A DNA stretch of 41,494 nt, from the UHGV virus genome UHGV-1357485; one strand, 5' to 3'. A program made the translations under genes and the position numbers. Of the stretch, positions 11,495 to 20,078 are shown one piece after another. Position 1 is the stretch's first letter, and each line of letters starts with the position of its first letter. Under the pieces are notes generated by a model. The model was not told where the DNA came from. It did no database searches and was given only the letters and a program-made list of their open reading frames with translations. The stretch comes from a virus.

Positions 11495-12118
11495 CTAACG
11501 TGTGACCGCATTCAAAATATTGTCTGCGATTGACTCTTCCTTGTGGCATTGCACCACCAGAGCGTCATACAGCGGCTTAACAGTGCGTGACCAGGTGGGT
11601 TGGGTAAGGTTTGGGATTAGCATCGTTACAGCGCGATATGCGGCGCTTGCTGGCATCCTGGAATAGCCGACGCCTTTGCATCTTCCGCACTCTTTCTCAA
11701 CAACTCTCCCCCACTGCTCTGTTTTTGCTATATCAACCGCACGACCTGTACCGTGGCAATCTCTGCATCTTGCGCCCGGCGTCGCGGCACTACGGCAATA
11801 ATCCGCATAAGCGAATGTTGCGAGCACTTGCAGCACCTTTGCCTTAGTATTTCCTTCGAGCTTTGCCACACCACGGTATTTCCCCGATACCTTGTGTGCA
11901 AATTGCATCAGATAGTTGATAGCCTTTTGTTTGTCGTTCTGGCTGAGTTCATGCTTACCGCAGAATGCAGCCATTCCGAATCCGGCTTGTGATTGCGCCA
12001 TCCCCATAGCAGCCATCACATCAGTACCGGAAAGAGAGTCAGAAGCCGTGGCCCGTGGTGAGTCGCTCATCATCGGGCTTTTTGGCGAATGAAATTTAGC
12101 TACGCTTTCGAGTCTCAT
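11495..12118 (-). CDS. Q: late antiterminator Q (lambda-type, 207 aa)
   Basis: Same length as lambda Q; Cys-rich zinc-binding motifs (CRDCHGTG, CGRCKG); directly upstream of pR'. Confidence 0.85.
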   Translation of the reverse strand: MRLESVAKFHSPKSPMMSDSPRATASDSLSGTDVMAAMGMAQSQAGFGMAAFCGKHELSQNDKQKAINYLMQFAHKVSGKYRGVAKLEGNTKAKVLQVLATFAYADYCRSAATPGARCRDCHGTGRAVDIAKTEQWGRVVEKECGRCKGVGYSRMPASAAYRAVTMLIPNLTQPTWSRTVKPLYDALVVQCHKEESIADNILNAVTR

Positions 12119-12303
12119 CGTCTTCCCCTCTTGCCCTGTTTGACCATCAGGACGCCGTTAACTATTACGTGACGCTCGCCTTTGCTGTCTCGGTTGTACT
12201 TGAGCACAGTTCCTCTTGCGCAGGAAAGCATCCTCGCCACTTCGGTCTGATTGCCTCGTGTCTTGATAAGAAGCTCTGGTATCGTTTGAATTGTGGCGTT
12301 CAT
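12115..12303 (-). CDS. ninH: NinH-like protein (62 aa)
   Basis: ...YGNQTEVAR...CARGTV... resembles recalled lambda NinH; adjacent to Q. Confidence 0.6.
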   Translation of the reverse strand: MNATIQTIPELLIKTRGNQTEVARMLSCARGTVLKYNRDSKGERHVIVNGVLMVKQGKRGRR

Positions 12304-12662
12304 ACGTTCTCCAGTTCGGTGATTTTTATTCCAAACCGTCCGCCTGGTACTTTCACACCACGAATTACGCGAATGTCATCGAATTGCTCGTCGTCTTCCG
12401 CAAATCCGGCATGGATAAGGGAGTCGAGTAAACCTTTCAGGATGTTATCGAGGTCGCGGCGGCGGGAGTCTGGAACGTCTGCGATGACTTTTATGCGGAG
12501 TCGTGATTTGGTGAAAATGTCTAACTTGAGTTGGCGGATGATTTGCTGAACGTCTTTTCGGTATTTCTGGCCTTTATCGCTGATGTAGTATTGGCTTCCC
12601 CGTCTTCGCCAGTAGGTGTTCACCGACGGCGGGTATGGAAGCACAAACTGATATTCGTTCAT
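12300..12662 (-). CDS. rusA: Holliday junction resolvase RusA (120 aa)
   Basis: 120 aa; conserved RRRDLDN motif; prophage nin-region position. Confidence 0.85.
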   Translation of the reverse strand: MNEYQFVLPYPPSVNTYWRRRGSQYYISDKGQKYRKDVQQIIRQLKLDIFTKSRLRIKVIADVPDSRRRDLDNILKGLLDSLIHAGFAEDDEQFDDIRVIRGVKVPGGRFGIKITELENV

Positions 12663-12949
12663 GACTTAATCTTCCCCTCCTTCAGCAGTATCGCCTGCGT
12701 CCTGATCACGCCTTCGAGGTGGTAAAGTCTGGCGTCTTTGTTGTCGAGGTTATGGGTGCGTCGGTCGATTTCATCGTGACACGCGCTACAAGCCCATGCG
12801 CCGATCAGGTCGTCAGGCTTCATTCCCGTTCCGCAAATTCCAGCCATCCGGTAATGTGCCAGAACTGTAGTTTCAGGATTACCATTGCATATGCCGTAAA
12901 TACGTACCTGGCATTCTCTGCCGCGCGCTTCTTTGCGTAGATTAGCCAT
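12659..12949 (-). CDS. YbcO-like (DUF1364) protein (96 aa)
   Basis: Cys-rich motifs (CQVR...CNGNPET...CSACHDEIDRR) resembling E. coli DLP12 YbcO; sits upstream of rusA as in DLP12. Confidence 0.6.
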   Translation of the reverse strand: MANLRKEARGRECQVRIYGICNGNPETTVLAHYRMAGICGTGMKPDDLIGAWACSACHDEIDRRTHNLDNKDARLYHLEGVIRTQAILLKEGKIKS

Positions 12950-13168
12950 TTAATACTCCAGTTCAGGGTCATTTTTTAGGTCATGTTTTTTGCAGAATTG
13001 CTGCCACTCTCTTTCCAGCCGCTTACCTGTAAATTTCACTCTGCATTTTGAGTAAGTGCTAATGGCATTAAATGGTGCTGAGCCTTCAAGAAATCGAGAG
13101 CGGAATACTTCTGCCACAGGTACTAAAACCAAATACAAATAATCAGAGCTACTAAACGAATCACTCAT
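12950..13168 (-). CDS. nin-region hypothetical protein (72 aa)
   Basis: ORF track; overlapping start/stop coupling with neighbours. Confidence 0.4.
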   Translation of the reverse strand: MSDSFSSSDYLYLVLVPVAEVFRSRFLEGSAPFNAISTYSKCRVKFTGKRLEREWQQFCKKHDLKNDPELEY

Positions 13169-13337
13169 CGTCTTCTTCCTCGTACATTGAGCTATTCGGA
13201 TCGCTCATCAGTTCTGCGCAGCAGTGCTCACACACGTGAACTTCCAGCACATGCAGTTTCTGACCGCAGTTAGCGCACGTTAAAGCTCGCTCGACGCTTT
13301 CTTTCTGGTATTGAAGGGATTGGGATGGGCTAAGCAT
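13161..13337 (-). CDS. small zinc-finger nin-region protein (58 aa, below the track size cut-off)
   Basis: Hand-translated: [58 protein letters not shown]; 8-nt overlaps with both neighbours. Confidence 0.5.
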   Translation of the reverse strand: MLSPSQSLQYQKESVERALTCANCGQKLHVLEVHVCEHCCAELMSDPNSSMYEEEDDE

Positions 13338-13677
13338 TATTAGCGTCCTGCATCATGAGAAAGACAATCATGGCGGCGCGGAGAGGTCTGGTATCAAATA
13401 TTGGGCTTACGCCTTTTGCATCCACACACCATTCAGTTAACTGGTCTAAGATAGAAATCCTGTGTTTCTCAATAATCGGCCATGAGGCACTCGGATCATT
13501 GCAGTAGTCAGGTAAAGGGTTTAATGGCTCAAAAGTTGTATCAGCATTTCCGTAATACCATTTGTTGGTGTTATTCCCTGACGTTTCCGGTTTACATGCC
13601 CAAAGGCCTTTAAAAATTATGTCTCCTACCATTCTGTTAATTTCAAAATCACTTAACTTTGAATAATCCATTGTCAT
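13330..13677 (-). CDS. nin-region hypothetical protein (115 aa from ATG 13677)
   Basis: ATG at 13677 overlaps the ninE stop; Trp/Cys-rich. Confidence 0.45.
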   Translation of the reverse strand: MTMDYSKLSDFEINRMVGDIIFKGLWACKPETSGNNTNKWYYGNADTTFEPLNPLPDYCNDPSASWPIIEKHRISILDQLTEWCVDAKGVSPIFDTRPLRAAMIVFLMMQDANNA

Positions 13678-13850
13678 TTCCTCGCACGATTTCTTAGCCA
13701 CCGGATATCCCACAGGTGAGCCGTGTAATTGAAGGTTTTTACGTCAGATTCTTTTGGGATTGGCTTGCGTTTATTTCTGGAGCGTTTCGTTGGAAGGTAT
13801 TTGCAGTTTTCGCAGATGATGTCGGTGATACTTCGTCGCTGTCGTCTCAT
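13674..13850 (-). CDS. ninE: NinE-like protein (58 aa)
   Basis: [23 protein letters not shown]... resembles recalled lambda NinE; ATG overlaps the ninB stop. Confidence 0.6.
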   Translation of the reverse strand: MRRQRRSITDIICENCKYLPTKRSRNKRKPIPKESDVKTFNYTAHLWDIRWLRNRARK

Positions 13851-14257
13851 TCGTACCTCCTGTCGGTAAATCTGACGCCCTGACCAATAGCCCATGCTGT
13901 CGTGTACTCAATCAGACTTGCCATACGCTTCACACTCATCTGCGCGCTACTTTCGCGAATGTTGACGTATTCGCCTTCAAGGCCGGTCAAAACATCAGCT
14001 TCCTGTTTTGTTGCCACTGCATGACCGCTGATCAACAAAACCTTCCATTGTTCTGGTTTTAACCATTTGCCGCACCATTGAACCTGACGAGCGATATCCG
14101 CCAGCATCGCGTGAAATTTTGCGTTCTGGTCAAGGTTGCGCTTGTAGTCAGTAATGCGGATGGTGACTGGCTTGTCTTTATCGAGTGGTGTTGCGAGGAT
14201 GGCATTTATTGCAGCTTGCTGTTGTTGCTTAGTTCGGAGGAAGATTGTTTGCTTCAT
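13847..14257 (-). CDS. ninB: NinB/Orf-family recombination mediator (136 aa)
   Basis: Conserved ...RNLDQN...QWCGKWL... pattern as in lambda NinB. Confidence 0.75.
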   Translation of the reverse strand: MKQTIFLRTKQQQQAAINAILATPLDKDKPVTIRITDYKRNLDQNAKFHAMLADIARQVQWCGKWLKPEQWKVLLISGHAVATKQEADVLTGLEGEYVNIRESSAQMSVKRMASLIEYTTAWAIGQGVRFTDRRYE

Positions 14258-14264
14258 TGTCACC

Positions 14265-14471
14265 TCAACTAACAAAACGCCACGCCACTTTTGCTACGAC
14301 AACAGGCATAACACCGATAATCACCCACAGGAAAATGCTACCGAAAAGCACACCAACCAGGTCTTTACCTTCGCCTACCAACCGGACAAAACTGCTGGCA
14401 ACCACAATGAACGTCGCCACCATCCACATAGCACCGAGAATCCTCAATGCAGAGAAAATCAACTCAGCCAC
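14265..14471 (-). CDS. small hydrophobic protein (68 aa)
   Basis: ORF track; two predicted TM segments; weak support. Confidence 0.3.
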   Translation of the reverse strand: MAELIFSALRILGAMWMVATFIVVASSFVRLVGEGKDLVGVLFGSIFLWVIIGVMPVVVAKVAWRFVS

Positions 14472-14543
14472 GATTTACTCTCCCCCAAATAAAAAGGCCT
14501 GCGATTACCAGCAGGCCTGTTACAAGCTCAGTGATGTAGATGA

Positions 14544-14813
14544 TCATTGCTTCATCTCCCTTTCCATTTCATCAATGTCAACGTCATCAGGAAGATGGGA
14601 GCAATACGCCGCTATACCATGATGATTTATCTCATACCCTTTGAACGTTACCATCTGGTGCGTAATCTCAACTTCGTTCAGGAATCCGTCATCGCATAAC
14701 TGCCTGGCTATTTTCGATTTGGTCTGGATTATTGGTAGTGCCTGTTCTTTCAAAGCGCATGATATTTGTGCATCCCATGCCTTTTCGAGAATGGCTAATT
14801 GTTTTTTATTCAT
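14544..14813 (-). CDS. hypothetical protein (89 aa)
   Basis: ORF track; immediately downstream of the helicase. Confidence 0.4.
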   Translation of the reverse strand: MNKKQLAILEKAWDAQISCALKEQALPIIQTKSKIARQLCDDGFLNEVEITHQMVTFKGYEINHHGIAAYCSHLPDDVDIDEMEREMKQ

Positions 14814-16249
14814 CAGAATCCTCCTTTCTTCTTGGACTGCGGTTCCTCGCGTTCACGGCGGCGCATTTCAGCAGACTGTTGGTCTGTGTCATAAATAGCG
14901 CCATTTGCCTGAATGCAATACACCGTGCCGGTATTGCCATGACGATTGAGGCGAAGGATTAGTTCGGTTTCACCAGGAGGAACGCTGTCATCAAAAGCAC
15001 CTTCACGATGGATCCCCACCCAATAATCGCAATCCTGTTCAATCTGCCCTGTATCTCGTGAGTCACTTGGTAATGGGCGTTTATTGGTTCGGCTTTCCAG
15101 TGCGCGGTTAAGCTGTGTCAGAAGCACAACAACGCAATCAAGCTCTTTGGCAAGGTTCTTCAGTCCTTTGGTGATCATGCCGTAAGCAAGGTCGTTGCGA
15201 TCGGCCTTTTCAGCGGTCATTAGTGTCAGGTAATCGACCAGAATCATGCCAACACATCCTTTTTCTCGCTTGATTCGACGGCTTTCGCTGACGATTTGAG
15301 CCAGAGATAATCCCGGCGTGTCGTCGATGTAAAGCATGTCGATTTCACTCAAGCGATTAGCTGTTTCGATCGCCCTGTTGAAGTCACCATCGTAATCACC
15401 CTGATAGCCGTCATCAGCGTCATTTGTCGCCGGAAGGTAAAAAATATTCGGGTTAACACCTGACTTCTGTCCTACCAGTTTTTCCAGTATCTGGTCACCG
15501 GGCATTTCAAGGCTGAACATCAGAGCGGGCTTTTTCTCATGCACTGCGCAGTTGATTGCCATCTGGCTGTATAGCGTCGTTTTCCCCATCTTAGGGCGAG
15601 CGCCAATGACAAACAGAGAGCCTTTCACCAGACCTTTCGGTGACAGCATCCTGTCCAGCGATGGGATCCCTGTGCTCATTCCTCGTTGTTCGCCTGACGG
15701 GTCAAATCGCTTCTCAAGGTCGCTAACCCAGTCTTCCATGACCTCACCAAATGAGCGAAGGCCGCGACGCGATCCGGTTTTTGCATGGTCTGTCAGTTGC
15801 GTGAAAATCAACTGAATAGCTTCGTACTTCTGTGTTGCAGTCATTCCGTTGCGGGAATAGAGCAATTCCGTCGCTTCAGTCATGCGGTTGATGGCGTAGC
15901 GTTCCATTGCGGTTTCGCGAACCTGCATTGCATAAGCAACGATGTTTGCTGCGCTTGGCGTGTTCTTTGCGATCTCAGCGATATAAGCAAAACCGCCAAC
16001 AGACGCCGTTAACGATTTACGCTCCAGTTCATCGAAAAGCGTCAGGCCATCTACTGGCTTTTGCTCACGGTGCATTCTGGTTATTTCTTCGAAAATGATT
16101 TTGTGTGGTCGGCTGTAAAATGAATCAGGCTTCAGCATCGCCAGAACTTTCTGGACGCGCTCACTGCTGTCATCATCCAGAAGCAATCCACCAATCACCG
16201 CCTGCTCTGCCTCGATACTATGGGGCGGCGCATAAAAATTATCGGTCAT
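14813..16249 (-). CDS. replicative DNA helicase, DnaB family (P22 gene 12-like)
   Basis: Walker A GARPKMGKTT; DnaB N-terminal ...SIEAEQAVIGGLL...; ATG 16249 preceded by GAGGGTG. Confidence 0.9.
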   Translation of the reverse strand: MTDNFYAPPHSIEAEQAVIGGLLLDDDSSERVQKVLAMLKPDSFYSRPHKIIFEEITRMHREQKPVDGLTLFDELERKSLTASVGGFAYIAEIAKNTPSAANIVAYAMQVRETAMERYAINRMTEATELLYSRNGMTATQKYEAIQLIFTQLTDHAKTGSRRGLRSFGEVMEDWVSDLEKRFDPSGEQRGMSTGIPSLDRMLSPKGLVKGSLFVIGARPKMGKTTLYSQMAINCAVHEKKPALMFSLEMPGDQILEKLVGQKSGVNPNIFYLPATNDADDGYQGDYDGDFNRAIETANRLSEIDMLYIDDTPGLSLAQIVSESRRIKREKGCVGMILVDYLTLMTAEKADRNDLAYGMITKGLKNLAKELDCVVVLLTQLNRALESRTNKRPLPSDSRDTGQIEQDCDYWVGIHREGAFDDSVPPGETELILRLNRHGNTGTVYCIQANGAIYDTDQQSAEMRRREREEPQSKKKGGF

Positions 16250-17129
16250 CGTGTTCACCCTCACGAACTTTCAGGTAGGTATTATCGTTAAGCAGGAAAT
16301 CAAATCCCTTTTTGTGCCAGACGGTTCCGCGTTGATGGTTTGGGCGCTCTTCGAACATCCATCGGCAATTTTCGCCTACGTAGCTCAAATAATTTCTCCA
16401 GTCCTGCATCGTGAACCCATGCCCGTCAAGCTGGCGGGTTATCACTCCGGCTTTGCGCCAGAACGTTCGGATCTGGTTTTTACGCTTGTCATTCAGTGCG
16501 CGGATTCTTGGCGCTTCAGGAAGGATTTCGTGGTAAGCATCGACAACATCCTGACAGCTAACGGAAGGTTTTTTCTTGTCAGACTTTTTGTCTGCTGCGG
16601 TACTCTCTAATACGTCAGTATTAGAGATATTATTTATATTATTGTTTATGGACAACCGTTGGACATCCGTTGGACAATCTCCCCTTAGAGCGGCGCCATT
16701 ACTGGGGTTTGCGTTGGACAACCGTTGGGCAACCGTTGGACAATTTTTTGCCTGAAAATCGTCATATTTAACAATTGTAAACAGGCTAAATTTCTTCCCC
16801 ATCGAGCAAATATTAAGCATCCCTTTCGACTCAAAAGTCCGTAATAAGCTCCGAACTTTGTTGTCTGGGATGAATGTTTCTCTGACCAGCGACGGGCGTC
16901 CAGTTATCATCTGACCGCGATCAACAGTTATCGGACCGATATCCGTATTGACGACAGTAGATTCGTGATTAGCCTTGAGGATTAAGTGAAGCCAAAGATG
17001 TACTGCCTGAGAGTCCTTATAGAGCCTGCTGTCCATAAACTGGCGGTGTATAGAGACATACCCCATACTGGATGCCTCCTGATGTTGTACAGGGTTATGC
17101 CTGTAATCAGCTAACTTAACGACGCCCAT
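16239..17129 (-). CDS. replication initiator, lambda O / P22 gene 18-like (296 aa)
   Basis: Precedes the helicase; iteron cluster and AT-rich tract lie inside the gene as in lambda O. Confidence 0.7.
   Translation of the reverse strand: MGVVKLADYRHNPVQHQEASSMGYVSIHRQFMDSRLYKDSQAVHLWLHLILKANHESTVVNTDIGPITVDRGQMITGRPSLVRETFIPDNKVRSLLRTFESKGMLNICSMGKKFSLFTIVKYDDFQAKNCPTVAQRLSNANPSNGAALRGDCPTDVQRLSINNNINNISNTDVLESTAADKKSDKKKPSVSCQDVVDAYHEILPEAPRIRALNDKRKNQIRTFWRKAGVITRQLDGHGFTMQDWRNYLSYVGENCRWMFEERPNHQRGTVWHKKGFDFLLNDNTYLKVREGEHDDR
16651..16745. repeat. origin of replication iterons
   Basis: Five or more copies of CCGTTGG(A/G)CA(A/T) at about 11-bp spacing in two clusters, flanked by an AT-rich tract at about 16620-16650. 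Confidence 0.7.
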
Positions 17130-17277
17130 GTTTCACTCCTGCTTTGGCTAGTCTGTAAACACCAACAAGGCGCTCTGCGAACGCCCTGTTATTTGCTGCG
17201 GCTACCACTAATCCCTCAGGTGAATCAGGGTGTCGAATCTCTTCTTTTTCCTGGTATTTCTTACGACGTTTTGTCAT
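17116..17277 (-). CDS. small basic protein (53 aa) between cII and the O-like gene
   Basis: ATG at 17277 preceded by AGGAG; stop overlaps the O-like start; hand-translated. Confidence 0.3.
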   Translation of the reverse strand: MTKRRKKYQEKEEIRHPDSPEGLVVAAANNRAFAERLVGVYRLAKAGVKHGRR

Positions 17278-17311
17278 AATTACTCCTGTGGATTGATCCA
17301 GTCTTTCTACA

Positions 17312-17590
17312 TCAGGCCTCGAAGAATTCGCCGTTCTTCGGGGCTTTTTCTTTTGTCAGCATTCTGGCTACTTTCTTAGCCAGTTCCGCCAACTCCTCGT
17401 CTTCAACACCCCATTCAAGAACAGCCAGAAGCATGGCCATCTTTGGGATAAAGCTGTCTTTCCATCGCGAAATTTGCGATTCATTAATCCCTAACGCGTC
17501 GGCAACCTTTCGCTGACCACGTACAGCAATTCGATTCAGGATGTTGCTTGTAATTGCATTCGCTTTCTTGCGAGTACTTGTAAGTTGCAT
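17312..17590 (-). CDS. cII: transcriptional activator CII (92 aa)
   Basis: ...SQISRWK...IPKMAMLLAVLEWGV... closely resembles lambda CII. Confidence 0.85.
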   Translation of the reverse strand: MQLTSTRKKANAITSNILNRIAVRGQRKVADALGINESQISRWKDSFIPKMAMLLAVLEWGVEDEELAELAKKVARMLTKEKAPKNGEFFEA

Positions 17591-17648
17591 ATGTAAGTAT
17601 TTCCTTAACTAATAAGAAGTTATGCGCATCAACTTATGCGCGTTGTAT

Positions 17649-17692
17649 TCCCGCATTTCGGCGGGAATGAGGACCATGGCTGTTAAAGAGCG
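17649..17692 (-). promoter_or_regulatory. nutR (boxA CGCTCTTTAA plus boxB hairpin)
   Basis: Between cro and cII on the minus strand; boxB is the reverse complement of the nutL boxB. Confidence 0.6.
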
Positions 17693-17698
17693 GTGTTA

Positions 17699-17893
17699 CT
17701 ATTTGTTTTTCTTGTTGCTTGGGAAAGGACGAACTTCCTCTCCAATCACACTGCCATCAGGCTTTACCGTAACCATAATGTTACGGCCTGCCAGAATGGC
17801 CTTGCTGATAGCGCACTGGATTACACCAAAGTCACTGGCTGCTTTAGCCTGTCCATGGATTTTGGCGTAATCGGCAAGTGTCATTCGAATCAT
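17699..17893 (-). CDS. cro: Cro repressor (64 aa from ATG 17893)
   Basis: [24 protein letters not shown]...VKPFPSNKK resembles lambda Cro. Confidence 0.85.
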   Translation of the reverse strand: MIRMTLADYAKIHGQAKAASDFGVIQCAISKAILAGRNIMVTVKPDGSVIGEEVRPFPSNKKNK

Positions 17894-17924
17894 ATGCACT
17901 CTCCGTTATTAACCATGAACAAAG

Positions 17925-17988
17925 AATACTACAGGTATTCAAAGCAATCAATACTCAGGGTATTTTTAGTTTAAGTACCTTAGCTATT
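17925..17988. promoter_or_regulatory. OR operator region (three sites) with divergent pR/pRM
   Basis: Three 15-bp near-palindromes of type AATAC-N5-GTATT at about 17925-17939, 17950-17964 and 17974-17988. Confidence 0.6.
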
Positions 17989-17999
17989 AGAATTAAGCT

Positions 18000-18716
18000 A
18001 TGGAAAATAAAAAATCACTGACGACAGAACAGCTCGAAGACGCTAAGCGGCTTAAGGCTTTGTATGAGTCAAAAAAGAAAGAATTGGGAATAACCCAATA
18101 CTCAATCGCTGATGAACTGGGTATCACCCAAGGAGCGGTAGGGCATTATCTTAATGGCAGAAACGCGCTAAACGTTGAGGTTGCATCTGGTTTTGCACGA
18201 TTGTTGCAAGTCTCAATTGCTGATTTTAGCCAGTCAATTGCTGCCAAGGTTGCAGAACAGGCAGAAAGCCTTAAGAGCGATGCCAACGTAAGGTATGCAG
18301 GGGAATACAGAGCAGGAAAGAGGTATCCGGTGTTAAGCAGTATCCAGGCTGGCTCGTGGTGTGAAGCATGCGAACCATACACCATTAAAGACATAGATGT
18401 TTGGCTTGAGTCTGACGCGCATATTCAAGGTAATGCGTTTTGGCTTAAAGTGGAAGGTGATTCAATGACGGCACCGGTTGGGTTAAGCATTCCAGAGGGA
18501 ACATTCGTTCTTTTCGATACCGGAAGGGAGGCGATCAACGGCAGCTTGGTCATAGCAAAACTTTCTGACTCTAACGAAGCAACATTCAAGAAGCTGATAA
18601 TCGACGGCGGAAATAAATACCTCAAGGGACTTAATCCTGCATGGCCTCTCGTGCCAATCAATGGAAACTGCAAGATTATAGGCGTTGCAATTGAGACAAA
18701 ACTAAGGCTGGTTTGA
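18000..18716 (+). CDS. cI: CI repressor (lambda-type, 238 aa)
   Basis: N-terminal HTH and C-terminal LexA/S24-type autocleavage domain (FWLKVEGDSM...FKKL...). Confidence 0.9.
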   Translation: MENKKSLTTEQLEDAKRLKALYESKKKELGITQYSIADELGITQGAVGHYLNGRNALNVEVASGFARLLQVSIADFSQSIAAKVAEQAESLKSDANVRYAGEYRAGKRYPVLSSIQAGSWCEACEPYTIKDIDVWLESDAHIQGNAFWLKVEGDSMTAPVGLSIPEGTFVLFDTGREAINGSLVIAKLSDSNEATFKKLIIDGGNKYLKGLNPAWPLVPINGNCKIIGVAIETKLRLV

Positions 18717-18733
18717 TCACGCAAGGGGCGATT

Positions 18734-19102
18734 ATGGTTGGAACCGCTATAGCAAGCTTTTTTGGGATGTTGGCAATCTCGACAATTTACGTCTTAGCGC
18801 ATGCTTTTATTGCGAAATCTCTATCAGAAAAAATAAGCCAGGCTTGGGCGCATAGATCAGCTCGTTTCATGATTCTTGTGATCATAGCAATACAAGGGAT
18901 ATCTGCATTTATCCTCTATGGATCAAGCTTATACCTATTGTATCAAGGCGCGACATTTACGCCTTACACCAGTGATTACGGAACTCTATACGATGGTAGT
19001 GAAGACATCACTGTGGCTTGGATCGTCTTTGGTTTATCTATGGCCGTGTCTGTTGTAGCAGACATCATTAAGGTAATTCTCGTCTTAACCTTCGCTGACT
19101 AA
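18734..19102 (+). CDS. lysogeny-operon membrane protein (about 122 aa, three predicted TM helices)
   Basis: Directly downstream of cI with AAGGGG before ATG 18734 (TTG at 18713 overlaps the cI stop); AT-rich; occupies the rexAB position. Confidence 0.5.
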   Translation: MVGTAIASFFGMLAISTIYVLAHAFIAKSLSEKISQAWAHRSARFMILVIIAIQGISAFILYGSSLYLLYQGATFTPYTSDYGTLYDGSEDITVAWIVFGLSMAVSVVADIIKVILVLTFAD

Positions 19103-19188
19103 CCCATAATCCCGGCAGCAATAGCTATCGGGATCCACTTCACATATCCCGCATAAAAATCACTGAACAAGCAGACAGCGAAAAAATA

Positions 19189-19273
19189 AATATCCTTTGT
19201 ATTCATTTGTTTATCATTATTTCATCAAAAATAAATACCTTGGGTATTTACACAATAAAATACCTACAGTATT
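19189..19273. promoter_or_regulatory. OL operator region (three sites) and pL
   Basis: AATATCCTTTGTATT, AATACCTTGGGTATT and AATACCTACAGTATT, same consensus as OR. Confidence 0.55.
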
Positions 19274-19321
19274 CTTTAGCCATCAGCAGGACGCTGGAAG
19301 CCAAACGGAACAGATTGGCAG

Positions 19322-19362
19322 GCTCTTTAACATTGATGGGATTGTCCCGCCGAAATGCGGGA
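19322..19362 (+). promoter_or_regulatory. nutL (boxA GCTCTTTAA plus boxB hairpin TCCCGC-CGAAAT-GCGGGA)
   Basis: Downstream of OL, upstream of N; same boxB as nutR. Confidence 0.55.
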
Positions 19363-19629
19363 ACCAAAGAGTAGTTGGCTTTGGGGTGTGGTGAAGCCAG
19401 CTAGTCACTGGCAAGTGCTTACCTACTGTTGAGCGGTGAAGCGCTCCCAACGCTAGCAATAGCGTGGACGAGATGGGGAGCCGCGGGCGATAAGGCCGCC
19501 ATAACGCGCACGTTGTCGCATGGAAAAATCGCTGGGGTGCCGGTTATACCCCTCCGAATGAGACTCAACAAGCTGGAGCTAGACTACCAGCCACCACACC
19601 ACCAAAGCTAATCATCTGAGGAACAGAAA

Positions 19630-19749
19630 ATGTTAGACATCATGACCAACCCAATTCTCGGTGGTTTAGTTACCACATTCGCCATCTGCTTCGGTTTCAC
19701 TATCTGGTCTGAAGTAGATGACTGGATGTGGGAACGCAAAAACAAATAA
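19630..19749 (+). CDS. small hydrophobic peptide (39 aa) in the pL leader
   Basis: GAGGA-N7-ATG; hand-translated MLDIMTNPILGGLVTTFAICFGFTIWSEVDDWMWERKNK; one predicted TM. Confidence 0.3.
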   Translation: MLDIMTNPILGGLVTTFAICFGFTIWSEVDDWMWERKNK

Positions 19750-19789
19750 TCATCGACACACAAGGATGTGCACCTACCCGGAGGTCAAC

Positions 19790-20062
19790 ATGACAGTAGT
19801 CATTACATATCTGGCTGACGATAACGCCAGATATCGCCGCAGAGCACGCAGACAGGCTCAACGTGAACAGGCAATGCAAGAACAGCGACTGGCGCGAAAG
19901 ATTGCGCTAAAGCTCTCTGGTTGCGTCAGAGCAGATAAAGCAGCATCACTCGGAAGCCTTCGCTGCAAGAAGGCAGATGAATGCAGTGGAAGTATTTGCC
20001 TGCCAAACGTAGCCATTTACGCGGCAGGCTACCGGAAATCAAAACAACTGACGGCGAGATGA
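19790..20062 (+). CDS. N: antiterminator N (P22 gene 24-like, 90 aa)
   Basis: GGAGG RBS; N-terminal Arg-rich motif NARYRRRARRQAQ; C-terminus ...LPNVAIYAAGYRKSKQLTAR resembles recalled P22 gp24. Confidence 0.75.
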   Translation: MTVVITYLADDNARYRRRARRQAQREQAMQEQRLARKIALKLSGCVRADKAASLGSLRCKKADECSGSICLPNVAIYAAGYRKSKQLTAR

Positions 20063-20078
20063 TAAATTAATTTGCTAA

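Noticed and set aside
10840-11495. Possible cargo (toxin or tRNA genes) in the 650-bp gap between Q and the holin
   Set aside because: The gap is accounted for by the pR' promoter, a 6S-type leader and the tR' hairpin; no ORF or tRNA cloverleaf recognisable.
16651-16745. Short direct repeats that could be read as a CRISPR-like array
   Set aside because: Units are 11 bp, contiguous and inside the initiator gene with an adjacent AT-rich tract, which is ori iteron architecture, not repeat-spacer structure.
19197-19611. Two plus-strand ORFs (65 and 60 aa) between the cI operon and N
   Set aside because: They overlie the OL operators and nutL and a GC-rich leader; alternative start codons; no RBS.
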